From Aplysia californica (taxonomy: Eukaryota): a DNA stretch of 63,423 nt. Under the pieces are notes generated by a model. That model saw only the letters and a list, made by a program, of their open reading frames with translations, was not told where the DNA came from and did not search any database. Position 1 is the stretch's first letter, and each line of letters starts with the position of its first letter. A program made the position numbers and the translations under genes. This document shows positions 24,888 through 36,800 of the stretch, piece after piece. The stretch spans positions 4,036,457-4,099,879 of the forward strand of contig NW_004797273.1 in NCBI RefSeq assembly GCF_000002075.1, written 5' to 3'.

Positions 24888-25931
24888 TATGTTTTAGTAA
24901 AGTTTTTTCGGCGCTCGCAACTGCATAAGGTCATATGAGCGCCAAGGGGAGGATTTAAACAGAGAAGTCTTTACAGGGAATCAGACTTACTCTGCTCACC
25001 TCTCTAGCTTCAACAGCATAAAGTCTGCTTCGACTATCAAGGCACCCCGGAAATAGAAGGTCACAAGAGTGTGACAAAAATACAAAAGAAGTAGAGGAAA
25101 AATGACGATTTCTTTTTTTAAGTAGAGGGTTTTACGGCGCTCGCAACTGCATAAGGTCATATGAGCGCCAAGGGGTGGGTGTCAACAGAGAAGTCCTTAC
25201 AGGGAATCAGACTTACTCTGCTCACCTCTCTAGCTTCAACAGCACAAGGTCTGCTTCGACTATCAAGGCACCCCGGAAATAGCAGGTCACAAGAGTGACA
25301 AACATACAAAAGAAGTAGAGGAAAATGACAATAGTAAGGATAAGGAAAGAAAAAGCAGCAGTTCCCTGTTGCAGATCAGGCACAGTTATGAGCGTGACAT
25401 GAATCAGCCCATTTACAATTCTATTGTGCTTGAACGAGAAATGTTCCCCCTTTGGGAATGGCCTAAAGACACTACAGTCAGTGGCACTGCTCCGGGGGGA
25501 AAAATGACGATAGTAAGGAATAGGAAAGAACAAGCAAAATGACGCTAGTAAGGATTAGGAAAGAACAAGCAAAATGACGATAGTAAGGATTAGGAAAGAA
25601 CAAGCAAAATGACGATAGTAAGGATTAGGAAAGAACAAGCAAAATGACGGTAGTAAGGATTAGGAAAGAACAAGCAAAATGACGATAGTAAGGATTAGGA
25701 AAGAACAAGCAAAATGACGATGGTAAGGATTAGGAAAGAACAAGCAAAATGACGATAGTAAGGATTAGGAAAGAACAAGCAGTAGTTCCGTGTTGCAGTT
25801 CAGGCACAGTTATGAGCATGACATTGATGAATCAGCCCATTTACAATTCTACTGTGCATAAGAACAGATTAATGTCCCCCCTTTGGGAATGGCCTAAAGA
25901 CACTTCAGTCAGTAGCATCGCCCCGGGGGGG
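24888..25931 (-). mobile_element. Headless retroposon containing a nested copy of itself (25110-25499) and an internal 35-bp minisatellite (about 25500-25780)
   Basis: Inner copy flanked by TSD aaaaatgacgat (25098-25109, 25500-25511); about 8 units of aaatgacgatagtaaggattaggaaagaacaagca; the outer copy resumes and ends at cgccccgggggg. Confidence 0.85.
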
Positions 25932-27808
25932 GTAACAGACTTTGCTATTATGTACATATTCATATACAGGTGTATAAGAACAAATTCAGGACCTGATTTT
26001 TTTTGGTTCCCTATGTGCATTTTTCTGTATGTGCATGCTAGATTGTATAACATAAGGTGTACATGACACACAGAGTCTAGACCAAAGTTTATCTTTAATT
26101 AGCATCAAAATCTATGAACAAGTACAGTGTTATCCTGATATATCGACATTAACGGGGCCTTCATCATAACTTCAAAATGAGGCAATGCCAATATACAAGA
26201 GCAGTAATGAACAACTCTAGAACCCATGGAGAGAAAAAGAGGTAAAAACTTAAGTAAACTACCAAAATACTGACGGTACGCTTATAACACAGATTTCCTT
26301 TCTTTGGTTGATGGAGCAACATTAATTAACTTTCTTTAGCTTGTCATAGCTTGTCATAGCTTGTCATAGCTTAGACATGTCTGGTCTTATTTAAGTCAGT
26401 GACATGGCATCAAAACAAGAGACACCAAAAGCTCCCCCTGAAGCACATCCCTCTCCCCCCCCCCCCTTAAAAAATCTGTAAGGGAACAAAGAAATAGTTA
26501 CATAAAATGGGTACTGGCCAGTATGTACCTTAGGAGCTATTGGATTGTCAGTTAAAATCTGTGAAATTACGCTAGTTATGCTATATTTCTCGTGGAACAG
26601 AAGGGGAACTTAAGGGCTCGACCACTACATTTTCAGTACACATGATTTGATTTCATAACACAGGAACACACAGCTACCCACCAATCTCAACATCATCTCC
26701 CTACACAACTCCAAACAACAGGGTCCTTGTTCACACTACTCCAAGTGGAGCCTGCCCTCCCCTGCCACAACATGAAGAGGGAGAGCTGGTACGACTATTA
26801 TAACTATATTCATTGTGATAGTATAAAGCGCATTGAGCACTTTCTTTGTGCAACTGCACTATATTAAAGGTAACTTTTTACTGTTATTATCATTATTATT
26901 TTTATTATTGTTATTATAATTATTGTTACCATAACAAGGGTGTAGACTGTTCATGTTAATATGATGGACAACCAAGGTCAAAAGTGTCAATAAAAGAGAA
27001 TATTAGGAATTAATTAGTCACAATATGATTCATTGAATGGTAATATGTAACAGGGGACATGTTGAGACTTCAAGATAATTTCGAAACAACAAAGTAAAAA
27101 CACATATGATAATGTCGAAACAAACAAAAAAAAACAACCCACAAATAATGTCGACATAAGAGGATGAGACTGTATGTTCTCGGTGAGATTCTGAAGATCA
27201 CTCACATTTCAAATCAAACATTTACACGTCACACACATGCTTCGTGTGTACAGTGGACAGGGATAATAAAATATTTCTGGATTTTTATCAATTTCGAAAA
27301 AATGGTTTCCCTACAAATAGTCAAGTTCAGAAAACTAAATGGCACATCAGACCTTTAACCAAATCCAAATGCTGACAAGTCATTTGGCACTCATTCAATA
27401 CTTCAATACTGTATAATTATAATGCTACAGTGAACTGGTAAAACCTAGTAAGGTTGTTTTGCTGAAATTTGACAAATCAAGCTTTAGTCCACATCGGTAC
27501 AGTATAAAACAAAACCTTTCAAGCTCCTTTCACAGTGAAAAAGCGGTAAAACAAAAACGTGTCCTCAGACTCGCCATGATAAAATAACAAGGAAAATTGG
27601 TCCAAATCAAGACCAAAAGGGGCTAAAGTAAAAGTTTCATGTACATCAACTATATGAAAAATGATACGGCAAAACCAAGCAAGTCAAAACCAAAATCAAA
27701 GACAAAGTTAGCAAAATCTAGACTTGCTAGATTTTACCAGACAACTGTAAAATGGGCATCCTTCTTTTGTCTTGTTCCTCATGGTAGCTGCTACTGTTGA
27801 GGTCATCG

Positions 27809-30800
27809 TCAATGGACACCATTTATGGCCAACACGTGCTTGAGCTCTGTCTTGTAGCACAGATACACAGACAAGACCAGTAAAAAGATGTTCCCAGTCC
27901 GCAGCGGGCCAAACAGCAGAGCGTACATCCCGTACGCCGACGGGAACTCTTTGAAGCCAATGTACAAGGTCAGGAAGAGGAGGAGGATGAAGGGGAGGAA
28001 GATGGTGAATACATGGCGGGCCGTGACCCGGTTCCCATGCTTGCGACGGGTGTCCAGGAGGTGGCCCAGCAGTGTGACTAGGGGAAGGCTGAAGCTCAGC
28101 AGCTGTGGGGACGACAGACATAGATGTCTTTTAGTAAAAGTTTTACAGCACTTGCAACATAATAAGGTCATATAAGTGCCAAAGATTAGAGGTGTTACAA
28201 GAGAGTAATAAGGTCATATAAGTGCCACAGATTAGAGGTGTTACAAGAGAGTAACAAACACAAAATAGAAGGAGGGGAGATAAGGACGATAGATGTTTGA
28301 TAGGAAAAAAGGAGCAGACCACACCAGAACACCTACCAACCACCCACAGAGACAGACATTACTCAGAACACTGGACAGCGGAAACACAAAACACATATCT
28401 TGCTTCCTAACTTTTCTTTGTTTGAGTTGGTTTTTGGGGGTTTTTTTAAAAAGTGTTTTACAACATCGCAACTGCATAAGGTCATACGAACACACTGAAC
28501 ACATTTAACATTTTCAGTTGGAAACTTGGAATTTTGCGCGCATGGAAAATTATTGATTTTAGACCACAAAGGGATCTTTAATAAGCGCAACTTGCACACA
28601 GGACCTCCAAGATTTTTCATCCTTGTCCGAGAAGGCTAGGTGTAGATCTTTTCTACCAGAAGATCAGGGGTGTGGCTGAAAGATAGCAGTAAGAAGGAGC
28701 CAAGGAGTGGCAGTAGAAAGGCTGCAAAAAAAGTCAGGAGCCCAAGTGAGGGGGGAAAGGAGGTGAAGAGGTGGGGGTAGAAAGTGAACATGAAAGCAGA
28801 CAACAGAACATTGATAGAGGGTTAGAAAGGAGGTGAAAGGAGACAATTTCGGATTCAAACCCGAGACCTTTGAATGAGAGGCGAACACTTTAACCTCAAG
28901 GAAAAGAAGCACAACGAGACAAAAACGCCAAGAAAGTGCTGGTTAAAGCAAGGGTGAGACTTCATGGTTTTTAAACATTGTTATTTATATCGTTGAGTTG
29001 AAGTTCATTGCAAGCCAGCCTGATAACTGCCTACTCTCTCAGGGACAGATCAAGGTAAAAGAAGAGTTGAAAAAAAGAAGAAGAAATAGAAGACCACATC
29101 AGCGAGAGCAATCCCCTCCCCCCCACCCCCACACACACACTCACTGCCAACATTACAAAATCACCATCCATTTGGCCGGATGCTCACCTGAAAGATACCA
29201 TAGAAATAAGTGATTCCCCCTGGTATAAAGGCTCCTTGCACGATCATGCCCCACACAAAGACCAAGCCTGTCCGGCCTCTGAGCAGGTCTCCCACGAACC
29301 ACGGCCCTGAGGACAAAGAAGGCAAGATGGTGTACTTTTGTCTGAGTAGAAGAGAACAAGTCACTAACTTTCACGTGCGAACACAATACATCCCACTGAA
29401 CTCCTACCTAAATAGGATCCGCAAGGATACCCCACCCGACTGCCCGCTGAGTGACTGCCAGGATAAAACAGTATCACACCACCTCTTTACCTGCCCTGCA
29501 CTTAGCGACATGCGTAATACCTACCTACCTGCCTCCCCAGATATCAGAAAAACTCTATACAACGACAAAACATAGCTGATAAAAACCTGTAAATTCTTTG
29601 CCATTTAGACAGGCCAAAGGGCTATAACTCAGATGGCCACTGGGTCGGAAAAGTAAAGTAAAACAAGTGTACTTTTGTAGATCTCACCCTCTGCCCACAC
29701 ACAAGGCCATCTCTCTTTCTCACTGTGTACAATATATAAAAGTATTATAAAAATAAGAGAAACACTTGAAACAGACTAAATAACAACAATATTTTTCTTT
29801 CTGTTGGAACAATGACATATACTGTTTTCTTCAGAGCAAAGATTTTAATGTTTTTACATAGGATGAAACCACAAATAATATTTCAGCTCCAAATACAGTG
29901 GTTTTCGGATTACACGATCAACAAAAGTAATTAAACTCCCTTCTGCAATTTTTATCAATAAAAAGAGTTTGATTCTCTACAAGTTAATCACTGAAATCTG
30001 TAAAGTGGGTCAAAAACCATACCATCACCAAAAAAAAAGCAAGAAAGAAAAGCCCCCACCTCAGTCTTGTACTTTGGACAACTTACCGAAAGTCAAGTAG
30101 AGGACAGAGCCTGTGACAATGTAGTAAGACGGGTTGGTTCTGGCAGCTAACCACATCTTCATTAGCCAAGAGTTCAGAAACTGACATATAAAATTTCTCC
30201 CTGTAAATATAGAAACAAACAAAAAATGACATTTCCAAATGAGGATGCAACTTCACTCATTATCTCCAGCAAGCCGCTCCCAGCGGCTCACGGTCGGAAC
30301 CACGGAGCCGCTGATTACTTTTGGCAATTGCCCAAAACAGGTCTGTTTTATCAGGAGTTCATTCATTTGATGAAGAAGTATCGAAATAGGTTCACTTGTT
30401 TTGATTTCATGACCAATTTAGTGACGATTTTATCATTTTTAGATTTAGTATCAAAAGCGGGCCCTGGCATAGTGGGTTTACCCCCCTCTGAGAAAAAAAG
30501 CAAACTACAAGAAAGGGTTCTTGTTTCTGAATTTGTAAATCAGGTAATTGTTCACATAATGATTTATAAAAGCTACTTTACCAATGCTCCATACACACAC
30601 CACAGCACTGCATGTATTACCTTATCTCTGAGACACAGTTCATAATGTCATCACTCAAATTGTAACATAATAATTCTAATAGAACTTTTTTATCGTAAAG
30701 CAGTACTACATGACATGAATTCTGTGCAAACAATGCCATATAAATGCTGTTTACCACAGCCTTGCATCTAGCATTTTTAGCTCATGTTTAAGTGCTTAGC

Positions 30801-33800
30801 TCAAGGAAGTAAACATACTTCTAAAAGTGACGGCACCAACATCACCTGATATTCTTTGTGAGCCTATGTTCTCAAACCATTGTATTACCAGGGTCCTCTA
30901 AAGGTGTTTTAGACCTCCATGGCAGGTGAATCACTTGCAAAAAATTGCGTAAAATTTAAGGTTGGCTTTGAGCCTGCTCTAAACAGATATTGAGTCTGGC
31001 AAAAAAAACCCTTGAAGTTCCATTCTGACACAGGTATGTACTCACCTTGGAAATAAAATGTCCTAATGTTGGAGCACTGTCTAAGAGATGTAAGGATCAG
31101 AGTGAAGAGGAACGCCATCAGGCCATAGATGAGCTTGCCCTGGGAGAAGAACAACAGAAACCTACAGTGACAACATATAAAATGATAAAAACTTGAAGGA
31201 CACAAAACAGAAACGGGTTAATAACAAGTAAAAGCAATGGTCTTCTACTATGAAGAAACCTGACACACCCTAGTTTCTTGTATTGTTAGGTGATATCACT
31301 AGCGAAGGAAGGAGCATTTCGGTACTAAAAATGACACTTATACTTTTACTTTACTTACTTTTCCAATCCAGTGGCCATCAGAGTTCTAGCCCTTCGGCCT
31401 AAAAAGGACACTTATGAAAACTAAACTTTAAAAAAGAAAAATAAACACCCTGCCCACACGCACCCCACCACCAATAAGTCAAAAGAGAAAACCAGAAAGT
31501 GGAACTTCACTGCAGTGATGCTAATAATGAACAGAGATCATCAACACAAAGAAAAAGTAATCCCAAACACATTTAACTCTTTATCTCCGGCAAGCTGCTT
31601 CCAGAGGCTCGCTGTTGGAACCCCTGTACCGGTGAGCAGCTGACAGCGGCTGGGGCGCATTCCTTTACGACGACTTCGACATCAAATTACTTTTCAGCAA
31701 GTGCCACAAACAGCTCTCTTTCATCCGGAGTTCATTCGTTAGATGAAGAACTATCCAAATAGGTTCACTTGTTTTGATTTAATGACCCATTTAGTAACGC
31801 TTTTGTCATTTTTAGATTTAGTACCAAAGAAGGGGCCCGGCATAGTGGGTTTACCCCCCACAGAGATAAAGAGTTAAAATATAATAAAGTATAAAAAACA
31901 TTCAAAACTGATAATGGAGGCAATACAACAGTACGCACCACAGAGTAAAGATTCAACATTAGCAGGAGACGAGGTAAAAATTTAAATGGCATCTGGCTAC
32001 CATCCAAAGAGAACGTCTGTTCTACTCTCTTTGTACGGCCACGGGCATCCTTTGAAAAGAAAACAAAAAGAAATCCAACCATTTGTAGAATCAAGTATGA
32101 CAATTATGGATCATGTTTATACAGTACACATTCACTGAGCTCATGCTCAATGCACACTATAACAAAGATCACCTTCAACATGTCTCTAAATATAATTTGT
32201 GTCACGACACGGTGGAAGCAGGCACTTGTCAATTTTGGGGCTTATGAAGTTATAGATATTATGTCAAAATTTAGCTGTTTTCTCCCATTTCACAATTTTG
32301 ACAAGCGCCTGATTTCACCAGAATACCTAACATTTCATAAATGGCAAAACAGATGGATAAATGTGAACACTTGGTCTACTTTTCTATAGACAAGACGGTC
32401 AGCCCCCATTTGACCGACAATTTAGTTCATTTGATATGGTTCTTGACCACTGTGTGGAAGACTGGTTCAAATAACATTTTGAACCCACCATTTTTGAAGA
32501 TTTTTTACAGGCTGAAATTACCTGAAATTGAGTTGAAATTGGTGCATATACAGCAAATTTTGTTAACACAAGAGTCATTTTGGTCTAAATCTCTGTAACA
32601 TTGCCCTCTGACATCTAACTTACACAATATCCTATGTATAAAGAAGGAACATCTTGTGAGCCCGTCCTGGCTCTACAACTTAGCAACAGGCTGAAGGGCA
32701 CAAGCCTCAGGACAGCTGGATGAACCGTGACAGCAGAGCAACGCTACTAATTCCCCCACAGAAGTAAACACTGGTTTCTGTTCTCTGTACAGTTCCCCCC
32801 CCCCCCACCCAAAAGTGATTTCTCTTCTCTGTACAGGACACCCCACCTCCACTCCTCACCTTGACCACAACCCGTAGGTCATGGAGGCCGTGGGCGTACT
32901 GCTGTGGTGTCCAGGCCAGGGTGTAGAGCGGTCCGTCCTCCTGGCTTGCCTCCCCCAGCAGCCGACCATCCACGGTCACCTCCACTACAGACACTGGATC
33001 GGGGCTGAACACTAGAACTCTGGGGGAGGCACAGACCAAATGTTATAATAATAATAATAGACTATATTTGTTCAGCACAAATTCCCACTCAGCAGCAAGC
33101 TCTATGTGCTTTACAATCTTTACTATGTAGTGAAACAAACTAAACGCCGCTTTTGGCCTTTTTTTTTAGTCGAGGTATTACGGCGCTCGCAACTGCATTA
33201 GGTCATATGAGTGCCAGATGGTACCTGCCAACCACCCACGCCTTTGGCTTGCATAAAATGGAATCATGAAAAATAACTGGTTCCTTCTAATAAGGGATGC
33301 AGACATCAGATTTCAAATGAACACCGTGTTAAGCTTTCTAGACAGAGCCACACAGCCATGCTTTCGACCTGTTATCTTGTTTGATTCCCCACCTCCTTTC
33401 ATTATTTACTTTCTTGTGATGTGTCTGTCTTTAAATGAAATATCATCATGAAAATAAATGGAAGCTGCTAAGGGAAAATGAGCCAGTTGGACTGATGTAA
33501 GTAAAAGATATGAAAGACCTGGACTTGGGTTCCAGAGAGAACATCCCTCAACCATTTTGACATTTCTCATGGTCCACACGGACTTATCATATAGAAAAGG
33601 AAAACGGATCCAGCAGTGGAGAGGAAAGTGAACTCTTTGAGCCCTGGGCTCAAGGTCCTAATTTTACCCAAATCCTGCCCTCCTAGATCCTGAGCATCCA
33701 GGTTTAGGGAGACAGAAATCAAAACATGTGTGAAAGAGCAAAGACATGTTGGTATCCCAAGAAAGGATTTTGACAGAAACTAGCGTTCTTGTTGATAGAA

Positions 33801-36800
33801 AATTACTGCCTTTTCCTGCCCGATAATTCAGCGCTCTTTCCTCACTCTAGTGAATGGGTACTACGAATAATTGTTGCAGAAGTGAGCCACGGGTGAACCG
33901 GTGCTATGGATAATTGTTGCAGAAGTGAGCTACGGGTGTACCGGAGCTATGGATAATTGTTGCAGAAGTGAGCTACGGGTGCACCGGAGCTATGGATAAT
34001 TGTTTCTGAAGCTAACCACGGGTGTACTAGTGCTATGAATAATTGTTTCTGAAGCTAACCACAGGTGTACCAGTGCTATGGACAATTGTTGCTGAAACTA
34101 ACCACGGGTGTACCAGTGCTAAGGATAATTGTTGCTGAAGCTAACCACGGGTGTACCAGTGCTACGGACAATTGTTGCTGAAGCTAACCACGGGTGTACT
34201 AGTGCTATGGATAATTGTTTCTGAAGCTAACCACGGGTGTACTGGTGCTACGGTCTCAAAAAGTTAACTCACACTACCAAGCAATGTCAAGGATGTCGGT
34301 GCCACAGATGTGATTTTGGCAAGACTTACTTGACATGTGACGACCTCTCTATCAGCTCCACGGGCTCGTTCTCCGCTGACAGGAACTGGCTGTCCTTCGG
34401 GTTGAGGACAACGACCAGCGGCCAGTCTCCCAGCTGGGCATCGGTGAAGGACATCAAGTCATGGTCAAAAGCCATCACCCTGAACCTGGAGGTAAAAAAT
34501 TATGATTAAATTCCTTTATTATCTAAAAGTTCAGCATGTGTTTCTCAACTGCAGATTACTATATCAGATCTTTTACGTCACATATATTTTTGGTATTTTC
34601 CTGTTTAACATCTGTTTCGTTAACAGACTTATCTTAAATAAAAGGATAATGTTTGACTTACTTTTTTCATGGATATTTCCTCCTTTAGTTTCTTCTTCTT
34701 TTTTTTCCAGACTTTTTTCTCTTTTTCTTTCACATGATTATTTGTAAGAAACATATAAAGTCACTAAATCACATTATTACGCAAGACTGAAAACTCTCAT
34801 ATATATCAAAGTTACTATTATATTCAGACCTACTCAAACGACCACCGGTCCAAATGTTCACTTCCCATTTCTCCCTTCGAATATTTTTTATATTATTATG
34901 GCATTGCCCAAAAATATTCACCTGCCTAAGACAATCATTCTTCTTCTTGATAATGGGAGGCAATCTTTGACAATTTTGACTGTATTAAAGTCAATATACT
35001 ATCTCAATCTCTCAGGTTACAGACATGGTCAAAGCCTGTAAAAGCATTACTTTTTTTCACATAGTTCCTCTCTACCGATAACCACATGCCTGTCTGCAGC
35101 TGGGAAATCTAAGAAAATCAGGGAAGAAACCCTTTTCTAAAGACAGTGCATTTTATTCAGCAGGGCCAGAAATCAAACACACTGACAAAGCAATCAGACA
35201 GACAACCCACTGCCCCAGCCATGGCAATCCCCTCCAACCCCCCTGCCTTTATTATAATTCTTCCCCAAAGGACAGACTTTCACATCCATTCACAACCATG
35301 CCATTTTTTCCAAACCTGTTCTCTCCTCCCTCCTTGCATATTGCACTTGCTGCATTAGTGCAGCAGCCCCCCACCAACCAAATGTGTCACGAAGTGGTGG
35401 AATCAGGTGCTTGTCAATTTTTGGACATGTGTGGAGTTATTGGTATCATCTTAAAGCTTGTTCATTTGTCTTGCTTTCGGTGAAGAAAAATACTAAAAGG
35501 TCCAGATATTTGTGATTGAAGGAGGTTTGGGTCGCCTGGTTTCAGAGGTAAAATTAGCTAGAAAATGGCCGCTCAAGTTTGGCAACTTCCTAAGCCAAAG
35601 CTTGAGAGTTCTTAGAAACGGTAAATTTACATTTTTGGGCCATAAATCAACACACTTCAGTAAAATCCACATAGAAATGTGTTTTTAAAAGGACCTTAAA
35701 TGTGTTGAGTCAAAAAACAAAAAATTCGATAAAAATCGGTTTTAAAAAAACCCAGCAGTTTCTTTGATTTTATTATTTTGACAAGCGCCTGATTTCACAA
35801 CGATGCCTCTCAAATGTCCCTTACTTGCGGTTTTCCTTCCAGTCCCCCAGCTCCAGCTCCAGCTGTCCAGTCTTGTGTTTGCTGTACATCTGTGGGACAG
35901 TGTCGCCCAGGGTGTGGAGATGACCGCACAGGTATGCAATGCTACGCCTGAAGAAAAAAAATAAACATCTGTATAATTACTTTTTTTTCGGGGGGAGGGG
36001 CAAGTGTTTTATGGTGCTCACAACTGCATAAGGTTGTATGAGCGCGTGGACACATTAAGCACTTTCAGTTTGGTAGGAATACATTCTGAATTTTGCCCTG
36101 ATGCTGCCGAAGCCTACTCTTGTTGAATCTGTATTATACATCTACATTTCTGCAACTAACAAAAGTGCACTAGACACAAAAAAGTAGTAATTTTGCAGCA
36201 AGTTTCCTTTCAACACACATTCAACCTACTAAGTATCTGCACATCCGCCTGAAAAAAGAAATATACATCTGTATTATGCATCTGTATACCTGCAACTAAC
36301 AAGATTACACTACAGACAAAAAAGTAATTTTCCAGCAAGTTTCCTTTTCAACACATGTTCGATCCATTAAGTATCTGCACATCTGTATTAGCCTGAAACT
36401 TCCGTTCCCCGATGAGACATTTTTGTATGATGTTCAAATTTAATTTTCAGAGAAACAGAAGTTTCTTTTTACAAAAGTCCAGTAAACTGACATTTAAGTA
36501 TGATGCTAAAGTGTAGTTTACAGCCACTTAAGCTATTTTGAAATAGCACTGAGACAACACCTGTTTGACAACACACTTTATTGAAGTTTTAGAATGATGT
36601 AAATGTATCAGCTACCTTACAATTATTGAATTGTTTTTACAGGCCAGTAGAACGAAACCAGAACACAAAACTACTGTCTCAGTATGACATTAGAGAACAC
36701 TGGAAGAAACTTTCTACTAATTTTCATCAGCCATTTCTGCTATAAGCTGACAAAACACCTTGTTTTCATTTTTGGCGCCAACATTTTTTAATTACTTTAT

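Noticed and set aside
24229-24938. 146-198-aa ORFs
   Set aside because: Produced by (TA)n and CAT-rich tandem repeats plus a retroposon tail.
16685-34252. 34-, 35- and 43-bp repeats as CRISPR arrays
   Set aside because: Head-to-tail units without unique spacers, no cas genes, eukaryotic context.
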